From Octopus sinensis (taxonomy: Eukaryota): a stretch of 64,000 nt of DNA. This document shows positions 1 through 12,722 of this stretch, one piece after another. The DNA is taken from positions 6,742 through 70,741 of the forward strand of contig NW_021833574.1 of assembly GCF_006345805.1 (NCBI RefSeq). Reading direction: 5' to 3'. How positions within the stretch are numbered: position 1 is the first letter of the stretch; each line of letters opens with the position of its first letter. Position numbers and translations under genes: made by a program. A model generated the notes under the pieces. The model did no database searches. It was not told where the DNA came from and saw only the letters and a program-made list of their open reading frames with translations.

Positions 1-155
1 TAATTAAACAGCACCAGCAGCATTTGCAGCAGCCATAGCAGTAGGGGAAGGATCAGCAACAGCAGCAGCAGAAATAATAACAAATGGGACCTATATCAGT
101 AGCAGTATGGCAATGATAACAATCCTTTTCACTACCACAACTATAACCAACTAGC

Positions 156-164
156 AGCAGCAGC

Positions 165-205
<41 letters not shown>

Positions 206-241
206 CAGCAGCAGTTGTTGTTATTGTTGTTGTTGTTGTTG
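156..241. repeat. Compound trinucleotide microsatellite (TAG)n/(CAG)n/(TTG)n
   Basis: Tandem trinucleotide runs seen directly. Confidence 0.95.
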
Positions 242-389
242 AATGTAATGGCGTTTGAATTTAATGGCGTAGTTCGATAAAGACGATTCTGCAATTTGTT
301 TCGCAGATCATTCGTTTCTAGTGATGAAATGTCTGTGTTGTACATTAAGCTCATCCCCTCCATTAAATTGACATTGCCAATTACAGGTA

Positions 390-395
390 CACGGT

Positions 396-450
<55 letters not shown>
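390..450. repeat. (CA)n microsatellite
   Basis: About 30 perfect CA units. Confidence 0.95.
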
Positions 451-454
<4 letters not shown>

Positions 455-712
455 CGTATATGTTTCAGCCCTGAGGCTGTGGCCAGTGTAATAACCTTTT
501 TAATTGGCCAATTCTATGAGATTAGCTTTTGGTGAAGGAGGGAGTTCGATACCCCTACCTTCTTTTGAGTCTCCTGTCTTGATATTGGTTCATCTGGGTT
601 CTTGGATAGCAATAGGTCAAGTTGTTTCAAGAAAACATCTACCCCCACCCCATGGAAAGCCCTTAGATGTTTTGGTAATGAGTTATATAGCTGTGAGCCA
701 TTGAATTCCAAA
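455..712 (-). mobile_element. 3' terminal fragment of a CR1/L2-type LINE (ORF2 C-terminus plus short 3' UTR)
   Basis: Minus frame reads FNGSQLYNSLPKHLR...VDVFLKQLDLLLSKNPDEP...NSLLHQ, the typical CR1-group ORF2 end. It is similar to the end of the 38040-38652 fragment (FKGPQLFNILPKSMR...VAVFKSKL). Confidence 0.75.
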
Positions 713-715
713 CTA

Positions 716-870
<155 letters not shown>

Positions 871-874
871 GTAT

Positions 875-1025
875 ATAGTCCAAATTTATAGAGAAACAAA
901 GACGAAGGCAAGTGTAGGGATAACAAAGAAGTGTATTAGTTTGACGCTCGGGAAAAATGGAAAAGTCTTTTACGTTTCGAGCCAACGCTCTTCGACAGGA
1001 ACGAATAAGAGGAAATAAATGGAAA
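875..1025 (-). mobile_element. Solo terminal-repeat fragment of a Penelope-like element
   Basis: Reverse complement of the terminal region of the GIY-YIG element at 63780-63935; shares GTGTATTAGTTTGACGCTCG and TACGTTTCGAGCC. Confidence 0.7.
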
Positions 1026-1398
1026 CACAATGAAAAATAACCTGTTGAGTTCAGTGGTCCAACATGGCGATAGATATATATATGTTGTCTTACCGTTAAA
1101 GGGGAGAGATACACGCGCAAATATATAGGAACACACGTCCTTTTATTAATCGTGCACACACTCTCTTCCTGCTTTTCTCTCTCTCCCTCTCTCTCTCCCT
1201 CTCTGTCACTTCTCTCTGTGAGTATACGTGTGTGTGTGTGTGTGTGCGTGTGTGCGTGTGTGTGTGTGAGTGAGTATGTTCGTATGTATGTACACGTATT
1301 AGGTACATGTACACACATATAATGTATGCGCACATACATATATATATTTAGAGAAAAATAGAGAGAGAGAGAAGGAGACAGGGAGAGAGAGAGAGGGT

Positions 1399-1436
<38 letters not shown>

Positions 1437-1728
1437 AGAGAGTACGTCAATGATGTTAAGTTATTAAGTTCAGTATTTCTGGCCTTATTTGAACCCTGAT
1501 TTTGTAGTTCGTCTCACTGCACAACATATTAACTTTACATTAATAATGTCAGCTGGCAAAAGTCTGATACGAAACGAACAGAGTGCTGTCTCTTTGCCTG
1601 CGTGCCTGTCTGCCTGTCTCTCTGCCTGAGTCTCTCTCTACTCCTTTCCCTCTCTCTCTCACTCACTCACTTTCTTTCTCTCTTGCTTTTTCTCCCTCTT
1701 TGCCAGAGCCAAATATATCAATTTAGAA

Positions 1729-2118
1729 AAGGCGGCGAGCTGGCAGAAACGTTAGCACGCCGGGTGAAACGCTTAGCAGTATTTCGTCTGCCCCTACGTT
1801 CTGAGTTCAAATTCCACCGAGGTCAACTTTACCTTTCATCCTTTCAGGGTCGATTAAATAAGTAATCGACTTAATCCGTTTGTCTGTCCTTGTTTGTCCC
1901 CTCCCTATGTTTAGCCCCTTGTGGGTAGTAAAGAAATAGGTATTTCGTCTGCTGCTACTTTCTGAGTTCAAATTCCGCCGAGGTAAACTTTGCCTTTCAT
2001 CCTTTCGGGGTCGATAAATTAAGTACCAGTTAGGCACGGGGGTTGATATAATCGACTTAATCCGTTTGTCTGTCCCTGTTTGTCCCCTCTCTGTTTAGCC
2101 CTTTGTGGGCAATAAAAA
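1729..2118 (+). mobile_element. SINE family A, dimeric copy (tail type 1)
   Basis: Head AAGGCGGCGAGCTGGCAGAA with box B-like GAGTTCAAATTCC. A second, 5'-truncated unit follows the junction GGGTAGTAAAGAAATAGGTATTTCGTCTG. Many copies in the window. Confidence 0.9.
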
Positions 2119-2162
2119 AATTGAAAATAAAAAAAATAAAAATATATAATTTTATACTTTAT

Positions 2163-2445
2163 GGACGTGAGCGTTGCTGTGCGATAAACAATTTGCTTCT
2201 CAAACATATGGTTCCGGGTTCAACCCCACTGTGTAACACGTTGGGCAAATGTCTTCTGTGGTGTTTGGGGCCGACTAAAATATTCCGAGTAGATTTATTA
2301 GACGGAAACTGAAAGAAAACCGTCGTCTATATGTATGTGTCTTAGTGTTTCACTTCGCTTCCATCACTACTTGACAACCGGTGTTTACTTTTTTGTAGCT
2401 TAACATTTCAGCAAAAGAGAACGATAGGGTTAGTATCAGGCCTTT
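2163..2445 (+). mobile_element. SINE family B, degenerate copy
   Basis: Diverged match to the family B head (CATATGGTTCCGGGTTCAACCCCACTG) and GACGGAAACTGAAAGAA core. Confidence 0.75.
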
Positions 2446-3224
2446 GAATATATATGTATACATACATTAGTTACTCAGAAATCAGGATGGTTGTACATTT
2501 ACAGATTTTTATTAATATGTCACATGTTTTTATAAATCATATATATCGCTTGCATCTACTCTTGCAGATTCTTCAGATTTGAATTTGTTTGAGAGAATTC
2601 GTCTCTTTTTATAGTATTATTGAGTGTGTAGGGGTGGAGAGAGATATAGGATAGTAAAAGAGGGTGAGGAATGGGGAGAAAGTGAGAGAGAGAGAGTGTG
2701 TGGGTGTGTCACCTCCAAACCTTCTAATATATATATATATGTTCAGCGGTGCCGCTGCTTGGTAGCTGTCTAATCACTGAAACAAGTCAAAAGTGGGTGA
2801 AACAAGATATATTTAGCCGCTTCACCCAACATTCGGATGAAATCTCACGTAGCATGGGCTTCCGGGATCAGAAACTGAGCTGATGCGCAATATATACAAC
2901 AATAACAACAACAACATACATGGCAACGACGCCAATAACTACGGATATCACACCTGAAGACCTTTCGCACAATAACACTCGAATCCATAGTCCGTTCCTA
3001 TGGAAAACCATTGTATAACACAGCTTAAATGCAAACGTGTCTCCAGTTTAAATATGCTTGAGGTATATTCGAAATGGTAAGGAAGCTATTCACTGTATTT
3101 TATGGTGAAGAAATGTTCTCGCTGTAGACACACAGCGGCAGCTCAAGGTTTCTCCTAACCAGACTCTGTGAGAGGCGTAGCCGTGTGATAAGAAGCTTGC
3201 TTCTTAAAGCGGCCCGACTTTAAC

Positions 3225-3450
3225 AGGTGAGCTGGCAGAAATGTTAGCACGCCGGGCGAAATGCTTAGCCGTATTTCGTCTGCCGCTACGTTCTGAGTTC
3301 AAATTCAGCCGAGGTCGACTTTGCCTTTCATCCTTTCGGGGTCGATAAATTAAGTACCAGTTACGCACTGGGGTCGATATAATCGATTTAATCCCTCTGT
3401 CTGTCCTTGTTTGTCCCCTCTACGTTTAGCCCCTTGTGGGCAATAAAAAA
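3225..3450 (+). mobile_element. SINE family A (tail type 1)
   Basis: Near full-length match to other A copies, ending CCCTTGTGGGCAATAAAAAA. Confidence 0.9.
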
Positions 3451-3730
3451 GTCCAGGTGCTTGAATGAGGCGAGGAGCCTGGTCGAGCATGAAAGTTCAA
3501 AATAAAGGTAAGAGGCTTAGTGTCTCATTTTTGTTATTGAATTGTGAAAAATGCAAGAGGTTCGTTGCCTCGTGAATATAAAAGACCAATGTTCTCGGGT
3601 AAGCAGCAATGGGCGGGCGTTGCCCTCATTTATCATCATTTTCATTTGCCATTTCATATAACAGTATGTCTATGTCCAGCTCGCAGCTTCCCTTCTATGT
3701 AAGGCCTTTTATGGTCAATATAATGAATAA

Positions 3731-4087
3731 AGAAGCCTGCTTCCCAGCCACATGGGTCCTGGTTCAGTCTCACTGCGTGGCACCTTAGGCAAGTGTCTTC
3801 TGCTACAGCCTTGGGTCGACCAAATCCTTGTGAGTAGATTTTGTAGATGGAAACTGAAAGAAGCCCGTCGTATAAATATCTGTGTATATATTCGTGTGTG
3901 TTCCCCCCACCCACCATCGTTTGACAACCGATGCTGGTGTGTTTACATCCCCGTAACGTCGTGTTTCGGTCAAAGAGATGTTTACAACAAGTGCTAGGTT
4001 TATAAAGAATAAGACCTGGGTGTTGATTTCTTCGACTAAAGGCAGTGCTCCAACATGGCCGCAGTCAAATGACTGAAACAAGTAAAC
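3731..4087 (+). mobile_element. SINE family B
   Basis: Head, core and tail GGCCGCAGTCAAATGACTGAAACAAGTAAA as in other B copies. Confidence 0.9.
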
Positions 4088-4244
4088 GCAAAATTAAAAG
4101 TATGCATGCAGTTCGGAGTTGTTATATTCTCTTCGGCTGCAGAGACCGTAAAGAGAGACGCTGCGAACTGACCAGAGACACAGGTCCCTCCTTATGATAT
4201 TTCCGTCATCGTTCAATGATTGGTTGCGGTATTCGGTGACTCAC

Positions 4245-4307
4245 CGTAAATAAAATACGCGACGAAAACGCTAAGCAGTGGTGAATATAAACACAAGGTT
4301 ATTTCCA
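4245..4307 (-). other. Weak candidate internal exon (63 nt)
   Basis: Minus strand CCAAG|TGGAAATA...TTTACG|GTGAGT. The phase 1-1 frame is open and hydrophobic (EITLCLYSPLLSVFVAYFIY). No homology recognised. Confidence 0.2.
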
Positions 4308-4964
4308 CTTGGAATATGTTTGGGGCATATTCGGATCCGTTCGAATGACTTTCATTGTATTTTGTTACGGAGAAAACTTTTTTAAAATTTAGACAAGTAG
4401 GTGTAAAGGCAACTAGTCAGCTTACAGTTAAAATATCCTATGTCTCAGACAAAATACTGGATGGTGAAGGCTGGAAAGAATACCGGAATACTAAAAGAGC
4501 TGGGTCGGCTCTTTTAAGTCTGACCTGGGGGTTTCACAATAAATATCTGTGAACACAAATTAATAAAACAGATGAACAGATTTTATCATATAACAACAAA
4601 TGTTTCATTCAAAAATTTGTGACCCAACGTCATACACGTAGGCATGTAGAGAGTGCAATATTTATTAGATTATGCAACGCGTTACATAGAATCTCTCAAC
4701 TCTTTGGGTTATACCATAATTAAATTAGTTAAATAATGGTATGCAGCCATGTTGAAGTGCATCACAAGTGTCTATCAAAAGATAATATATAGCTTCCACT
4801 GAGTATCTTAGCGCTTGTTTCTGTTATCGCTGTTGTTGATTTTTAACCTCAGTTCAGCTTCGATCGGGCAGAGCTCTATGAACCAAATATATTCCATTTA
4901 TAATCACACACATTTAATTTTCTATTCTAGTCATAGTGTATCTAGGACTATATTCACTGAAGTG

Positions 4965-5285
4965 TGAAGGCGCGTGGCTTAGTGGTTAGGGTATTCGACT
5001 CACGATTGTAAGGTCGTGAGTTCGATTCCTGGCGATGCATTGTTTCCTTGAGCAAGACACTTTATTTCTCATTGCTCCAGTCCACTCAGCTGGCAAAAGT
5101 GAGTTGTACCTGTATTTCAAAGGGCCAGCCTTGTCACACTCTGTGTCACACTGAATCTCCCTGAGAACTACGTTAAGGGTACACGAGTCTGCGGAGTGCT
5201 CACCACTTGCACGTTAATTTCACGAGCAAGTTGTTCTGTTGATCGTATCAGCTGGGACCCGCCTCGTCGTAACCGACGGAGTACT
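4965..5285 (+). mobile_element. SINE family C (variant 5' half)
   Basis: tRNA-like head GGCGCGTGGCTTAGTGGTTAGG...GAGTTCGATTCC; 3' domain CACGTTAATTTCACGAGC...CGTCGTAACCGACGGAGT shared with 32371-32754 and 40030-40416. Confidence 0.85.
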
Positions 5286-5679
5286 CCTAACGGGAGTGTT
5301 CTTTTTTAGTAACAGGTTTTATTCATGATGTTGCTTGTAGTTGCTATGACGGATGCGGTGATGGTAATGGCGGTGGTGGTGGTGGTAGTGGTGGTGGTGG
5401 CGGTGATGTTGAGATTTAATCTCAGGTTTGTTCTAATCCAGCGCGCCTATGTTTAAATGTGTTGTCCATTCGCGTCTCTCTGTCAGTGGTTAAAACATCG
5501 ACCCAGTTTAAGACAGTAAGTTATTTAGTGAAGCCATTTGGTGGTTATTTCCAGCAAGTCGAGTCACTGTAGAACAGAGATAAGGAATCTACTCAAGCAC
5601 AAGAATGGTGGTGTGCAAAGTTTTGGTAGCAGTCAGAATTCAAAGCATTTACTAACGAAGTAAGTCTACGGGATGGAAG

Positions 5680-6245
5680 AGAGAGAGAGGTAAAGAGAGA
5701 CGATAAGAAAGAGACAGAGAAAAGAAAACAAAATGAGAGAGAGAGAGAGAGAGAAAGCGAAAAGAGAGAGAGAAGAAGAGAGAAATAAGAAGGGCAAGAG
5801 AGAGAAGAAGGGAGAGAGAGAGAGAGAGAGAGAGAGACTGAGCCACAGAGATAAAAAGGAATAAGAAAAAGAGAGAAAAAAGAGAGGGAGAGAGAGAGAG
5901 AGAGAGGAGAGAGATGCAGAGAAAGTGAAAAGTGAAAGAGAAGAAGAGAGCGAGAAAGGGAGAATGAATGAGAAAGAGAGAATGAAAACGACAAAAAATA
6001 GGAAGAGAGGGAGGAGAGAGGGAGAGAAAGAAAAAGAGAGAAAGAGAGGAAGAGAGGGAGAGGGAGGAGAGAGATGCAGAGAAAGTGAAAAGTGAGAGAG
6101 AAGAAGAGAGAGAGAAAGGGAGAATGAATGAGAAAGAGAGAATGAAAACGACAAAAAATAGGAAGAGAGGGAGGAGAGAGGGAGAGAAAGAGAAAGAGAG
6201 AGAGATAGATAGATAGACAGAGAGAGAGAGAGAGAGGGAGGGGGG
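5680..6245. repeat. Homopurine (GA-rich) tract with an internal ~130-bp duplication (period 160 bp)
   Basis: GAGGAGAGAGATGCAGAGAAAGTG...ACGACAAAAAATAGGAAGAG occurs at ~5904 and ~6064. Confidence 0.85.
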
Positions 6246-6399
6246 AGATGACGGTTTAAACCCTGAAAGTAAAGCAGAAAGCTGAAATCTTGGTTCACGG
6301 TGGGCGAGACGACGAAATTGGGCTTAGAGAGCTAATTAAGCAAGGAATTGACGGGGCCAATTATAAAGAACAGATGGTAGCGGGGGAGGGGTTTGGAAA

Positions 6400-8400
6400 A
6401 GAAACATTGAAAGAGAATCGGTGGTGGTAGGGTGGAGTGAGGAAGTAGCTACATAATATATTAGACAGGAGTGGTAGATAATAACTAATTTTGAAGAAAC
6501 TATTTGTCAGAAAGTACTTGGCACTTGACCAAATTTTTTTACGCTGAGCACAAATGATGCGTTGTTCGATCTAAGTTGAATGTGTCAAGGCATAATGAGA
6601 CGAAGACAAGAAGGCCCTAAAACCATTCAATTGACCCGGGTAACAAAGGGGTTTCATGTTCATTGTTTTCAAATATGTTTTGACGGACCGCAGGGGGCTA
6701 TTTATGTCACTTTCCTAACAGGCATGTGTATTTTCGGCAATAGTTTACTGACAGCGGGCTTCGATGCGTACTGTCAAGGAACCGAGTGAAAGAAAAGAAT
6801 TGGTATGGACGCTATGTTCGACTCAGTCAGTCTTCAAGACTGGATAGTTTTTCCTATCAGACGTCTAGCAGAACTGGCAGCAGACCAGAAAACTTCCCAG
6901 TGGTGTGAATCGAGGTAATGATAGAACAGCCGAGAAAGAATGCAAAAAGAGTACGTTGTGGAAAAAATAAAGGTGTATAATTTAGTTTCACGTAGAGCTA
7001 AAGATCTTAAACAAGATACCCGCGAAGAGGTTAGTGCAAGTAGCAGATAGTATCGGAGGTAATGTATAGACCTTTGCCATCCCAGATAAACACCCAAATC
7101 CAGGAGAATTCTGTTTCATTCGATTCATTGTAGAGAGGGTCGACTGTAGATGTTATTGGAACGGGAGTTGGTCAGTTAAAGTTGAGACAGTGTCACGTGA
7201 CAACTTGCTGAGGCTGCCAGCTGGAGCCTAGCAGCAGGTGTTTAAAGGGAAAAAAAATTGACAAGTCAGTCAGTCGTCCGCTGATACTCGTTGGCGCTAC
7301 ATCGAAGAGGCCAGGGAACAGAAGAAAGAAGAAAGAAGACATGCACCCAACACCAGAGCTGAAGACATCTGCGAAAGGTAGAGGAGTAGGGGCCGAAACC
7401 GGACGTGGTTCCTCCTGATGATGTCTTGAGCTAACTTGATCTTATAAAGGAGCTATTGTGGTAGCAGACCACGAAACACGGTTGTAATTCCCCTCATTTG
7501 ATCAGCTTGAATAAATCGAAAACACTCACGAATGTGCTGCACACTGTTGGTTCCTATCTAATGTTCAGAAACTGGATCCCTGCATTGCACAGCAGCATCA
7601 GCTGGATGGTTGTGATAAATGGTCACCATAGAAAACCATTTGTCAAGAATATCTGATCTCATCTCTTTAGTGTTCTGTTCTCCAGCCACTACCGTAAAAG
7701 CTAAAAGGTGTTGGATGGAGATGCATATCCCGCTTTAGTTGGCACATATGATTGCCGTATCAGCTTATGTAGAGTACCATCTTGGTGTAGGATACTTAGA
7801 AAATTTGAAGTTAGTAGTGCCACAGAGAAGAAATATCCGGTGGTTACAGGATCCCCTTTTGACAACGACTGTGCAGCTCAGAGCCTAAAATAGCAAGTCC
7901 TTGTTAACCAACCAACAGCTTTGTCAACTGTCATGAGATTAAGGGATTAATTAAAGAGCTTGCAGGTGTGGATCAATCTAAGCCTTTAGATGGATAGGAA
8001 CTGGGACGATGACCAAAGAGTAGAGCCCAGTCTCATATATATTGGCTTGAGGTGATATTATACTTGAAAACTCGGCCATGGGTGTAGTAGAACGCCTACA
8101 TGGGTAATTTTATCATCTTCTTACCATCGTCGCATGCTACCATTCATATCTCACTAGATTGGAATGTCTGCTCTTTTGGTTCTCACGTAAGGTCGGATTC
8201 CAGTGGCCAGGAATTCCATCCACGGACATCACTTGTAAGCAGGCCCTATAATGGATAATTTGCTCCCGCGACAATCTGGTTAAAAGAGTATGGGAGAGGG
8301 CTCATGCCTTTAGTGGTCAGGGTAATCCTGGATCTGTGGGGTTTTTTGATTGGCCCTAGTTGCAGTATCCTTGTATCATGAGGACGGCATCATTCATTTT
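6400..8400 (-). mobile_element. Highly degenerate Penelope-like element remnant(s)
   Basis: Broken minus-frame pieces resemble PLE RT motifs (KRADIPI**DMNGS ~ HKxDIPLRPILDMxGS; FLSSSHYALTH...RIICA). Many stops and frameshifts, so the similarity is weak. Confidence 0.35.
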
Positions 8401-8573
8401 ATCAGACACGCTGAATATGTTTACTTTTATCGTATTTCACCATCTCTTCCATTTTCTCTCCCCAACTTTTAAGCAAATCCCTATAAAAATTGTTGTCTGT
8501 TCCCTATGATGTCCCCTTTCATCTATGCCACTATGGCTAATAAAAGAAATTATCATTAGTATTAGATTAGTGG

Positions 8574-9375
8574 AAGGCGGCGAGCTAGCAGAAACGCCAG
8601 CACGCCAGGCGGAATGCTTAGCGGTATTTCGTCTGTCTTTACCTTCTGGGTTCAAATTCCACCGAGGTCGACTTTGCTGTTCATCATTTCGGGGTCGATA
8701 AATTAAGTACCAGTTGCGTACAGGGGTCAATCTAATCGACTGGCCCCTACCCCAAAATTTCGAGCTTTGTGCTTAGAGTAGAAAAGCATATATAAGGCGG
8801 CGAGCTGGCAGAACCGTTAGCACAACGGGCGAAATGCGTTGCGAATTTCGTCTGCCGTTACGTTCTAAGTTCAAATTCTGCCGAGATCGACTTTGCCTTT
8901 CATCCTTTCGAGGTCGATAAATTAAGTACCAGTTAAGCACTGGGATCGATATAATCGACTTAATCCGTTTGTCTGTCCTTGTTTGTCCACTCTATGTTTA
9001 GCCCCTTGTGGGTAGTAAAGAAATAGGTATTTCGTCTGTCTTTACGTCCTGAGTTCAAATTGCACCGAGGTCGACTCTGCTTTTTATCCTTTCGGGTTCG
9101 ATAAATTAATCACCAGTTGCGTACAGGGGTCGATGTAATCGACTGGCCTCCTCCCCCAAAATTTCGGGTCTTGTGCCTAGAGTAGAAAAGAATCGCTAGC
9201 ACACCCGGCAAAATGCTTAGCGGCATTTCTTTCATTCGTACGTTCTGAGTTCAAATTCCGCTGAGGCCAGCTTTGCTTTTCCTCCTTTCGAGGTCGGTAA
9301 AATAAGTACCAGTTGCGTACTGGGGTCGATGCAATCGACTTACCCCCTCCCTCAAAATTGCTAGCCTTGTGCTAA
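8574..9375 (+). mobile_element. Head-to-tail cluster of four SINE-A units
   Basis: Four repeats of the GAGTTCAAATTCC...GGTCGATAAATTAAGTACCAGTT core, with both tail types. Confidence 0.9.
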
Positions 9376-9689
9376 ACCAATCTTAGATTACTAACTGTCA
9401 GAAGCGGCTGTAGAATACAGTGCGAAATACCTTGTGGTATTTCAATCAATCCGTTCATTCCAGTTGTATCAAGGTCCCCTTTCCTATACTTCCGGGGTGC
9501 CGGCGGGGGCTGGGGGTGTGACAAAGTAAGCTACCACCAGCTCGAGACGAGAAATTACCCGGGTAGATTGAAGCGTCTGTTTCACTAATACGCACCCCAC
9601 CCGTTCCTATCCAATCCGTCGCCTTATGCGAACGTTACAAATCATTGTATTTATGAAGGTGAAAATAACAAAGGTGTTGGCCAGTAGCA

Positions 9690-9923
9690 TTGGTGGTGGT
9701 GGTGATGGTGTGATGGCGGCAGTGGTTGTGTCTGTAGTAGTTGTAGAAATGGTTTTGCGTTGTTGGAGTTGGTAGTTATGGTAACGATAATGACTGTGGT
9801 GGTGGTGGTGGCGTTAGTATCTGTAGTGGTGGTATCTGCGATGATGGTTATGGAGTGATGGTGGCGGTGACGGTAATGATGGTGGTGTTGGTAGTGTTGA
9901 TTCTGATAGTTGTTTCTGTGATG

Positions 9924-9959
<36 letters not shown>

Positions 9960-10082
9960 GTGATGGTGTTTGAGATGGTGAATGTAGTCGTGTCTCTGAT
10001 GGTGACGGCGTTGGCTGTAGTGGTGTTGGATGTGTTGGTGCAGGCTACAGTGATCATGTCTACGGCGGCAGCGGCGGCGGCA

Positions 10083-10118
<36 letters not shown>

Positions 10119-10450
10119 GTTATGGTGGTAGTAATGGTGGTGATGGTGGCGACCGTGGTGTTTGAGGTAATAGCGAGCGGCGATGATGGTGGTGACTACG
10201 GCTGGTGATGGTGGTCCTGGTGGTTGTGTTGGTGGTGGTGGTGGTGATGGTTTAGTGGTGGTGATGGTGGTGGTGGTGATGGTGGTGATGGATGGTGGTG
10301 ATGGATGGTGGTGGTGGTGGTGGTGGTGGTGGTGATGGTGGTGGTGGTGATGGTGGTGGTTTGGTGGTGGTGATGGTGGTGGTGGTGATGGTGGTGATGG
10401 ATGGTGGTGATGGTGGTGGTGGTGATGGTGGCTGTAGTGGTGGAAGTGGT
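9690..10450. repeat. G-rich trinucleotide low-complexity tract (GGT/GAT/GTA) with a (GCG)n run at ~10062-10116
   Basis: Seen directly; explains the poly-His, poly-Thr and poly-Ala ORFs. Confidence 0.9.
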
Positions 10451-10947
10451 GGTCAAAGGTAATTAAGGAAGGCAGAAAACACAAAATGCTGTTGAATAAT
10501 TAATTACAAAAGCCACAACGAAATGATTGACGACTTCCCCAGATTAGAACTAATCCAAAACTTTGCAATTCATCCAGTAAGAAATATTTGCTTCTCCTTC
10601 CCCCACCCCTAACCCCACCTCTGCCTCTCTGCCTCTCCCTCTCTCTTTCCCATCTCTCTGTCCGCCCGTTCGTCTGTCTGTCCGTTGGTCCATTATTCTT
10701 TAGTTTTTTCTCTTTCATGCTTTTATAGAATAACTATACATAAATGCACACACACACACACACACATATATATACATTACGTGCATATGTATGTATGTAT
10801 GTATATATATATATATATTATGTGTGTGTGTGTGTGTGTGTTTGTGTGTGTGTGTGCGTGTTTATACATATGTGTGCATACGTGTATACATGTATGTATA
10901 TATACCTCTCTCTCACTCACTGTCTCTCTTTCTCTCTGTATGTGTAT

Positions 10948-10978
<31 letters not shown>

Positions 10979-10986
10979 CATATATA

Positions 10987-11143
10987 CGACGGGCTTTTTC
11001 AGTTTCCGTCTACAAATCCATTCAACACGGCTTTGGTCGGCCCGAGGCTATAGTAGAAGACACTTGGCCAAGATGTCACGCAGTGGGACTGAACACGGAA
11101 CCATGTGGGTGGTAAACAAGCTACTTACCACACAGCCACTCCT
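10987..11143 (-). mobile_element. SINE family B, 5' half
   Basis: Reverse complement of the family B head and core. Confidence 0.85.
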
Positions 11144-11146
11144 ACC

Positions 11147-11148
<2 letters not shown>

Positions 11149-11191
<43 letters not shown>

Positions 11192-11223
11192 ATATATATA
11201 TATATATATACTATAATATATAT

Positions 11224-11266
<43 letters not shown>

Positions 11267-11405
11267 GTATGCATGTATATATATAGATATATTTGCATGC
11301 ATGTATATATGCATATATATATATATTAGGTATGTATAAGTATAGATATGTGTGTTGTATGTGTATATATGTAGCTATTATATATTATATATATAATATA
11401 TATAT

Positions 11406-11436
<31 letters not shown>

Positions 11437-11472
11437 GTTATATATATATATATAGATATATATATATATTAG

Positions 11473-11520
<48 letters not shown>
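11149..11520. repeat. Interrupted (TA)n tract
   Basis: Seen directly. Confidence 0.9.
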
Positions 11521-11521
<1 letters not shown>

Positions 11522-12131
11522 AGACACGAAGCTGCGCTCTCACACATATCTGTATGAATATATAATTACATATTAAGCATAGCATATTTGTATACAAACG
11601 CGTATGTGTGTGTGTTTTGTAAATGCATACAGTGTCTCTCCTGTGCTCGTGTTCATGTGTATTTATGTGTTACGTGTTTATAAGTTGTGGCGCGCGTATC
11701 TGTATGTGTGTGTGTGTGTGTGTGTGTATGCCCCAATGATACACACTGACACAGATATTTTAATGAATGAAAAAAATGCCGTTAAAACTGAAACTCAAGG
11801 TCACAATAAAACCAACATTATATATATATATATATACATATATATACATGTGTGTGTGTATACATATAAATGTATATGCACTCATATGCGTATTTACGTA
11901 TATATATAATATATATATATATATGTATGTATATATATATACATACATTCACATGTATGCACACAGTTCCATATATGAGTGCGCATATATGATGGGTTAT
12001 GGGCTATATACACGCGCACGTCTTCACACGCGCGCACAAACACACACGTACACACACACACACAACCAAACTCCTAGACACACTTGTCTATAAGAATGTT
12101 TCGCGCGCGTGAGTGTGTATGTGTGGTTATA

Positions 12132-12181
<50 letters not shown>

Positions 12182-12636
12182 GTGTGTGTGTTTAAAAATC
12201 CGGTAAGCTTCCTCAACCATTGTGTTCAACGGTACACAACACAGGAAGAAACTTGAGCAGAAACGGGCTTATGTAAACATGGCGACCAAATATATTATTT
12301 AAGTCACAGAACTTTATGCTAATGACTTTAGTTTTAAAAGGAAGTCATCAGTAAAATGACACCAGAGCTGAAATATCTGAGAGGAGGCTATTGGAATTCG
12401 ACTATATTGCTATAAAGAGGTTGACAGTATGTCTAACAAATAGCTGAAACTGTTCCACGAGTTGTAAATGATACCAGAATCAATTAGGAGAGATAACAAC
12501 AGCTTTTAAACTCGGCTGTTTACACTCAAAGGGAATAAGATGCTGCAAAGCGAAAACAAAGTGGTCGTCTGCGCCGCTTGGCACGATTCATTAATTTGTC
12601 TTGAATTATTCTGAAGAGCAGATTCGGTTATGCTTG

Positions 12637-12718
12637 TACTAAATTTCGAACGATACAGAGAAGATTAGCATGGCCCCTGCACAAGGATGACACGCAAGTT
12701 CGTGAAGCTTTCTATATT
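12637..12718 (+). pseudogene. U6: U6 snRNA pseudogene (5' stem missing or decayed, no 3' T-tract)
   Basis: TACTAAATTTCGAACGATACAGAGAAGATTAGCATGGCCCCTGCACAAGGATGACACGCAAGTTCGTGAAGCTTTCTATATT matches U6 from about nt 23 onward. ACAGAGA box at 12655-12661, AGC triad at 12667-12669, ISL present. It ends TATATTCC rather than in a T run. Confidence 0.9.
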
Positions 12719-12722
12719 CCTA

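Noticed and set aside
9651-10484. 277-aa His/Pro/Thr-rich ORF and the overlapping poly-Ala/Val ORF
   Set aside because: Entirely within a trinucleotide low-complexity tract, where long open frames are expected by composition.
12540-12590. KVVVCAAWHD, faintly like the mariner KVMLCVWWD motif
   Set aside because: Too short, with no supporting transposase motifs in the flanks.
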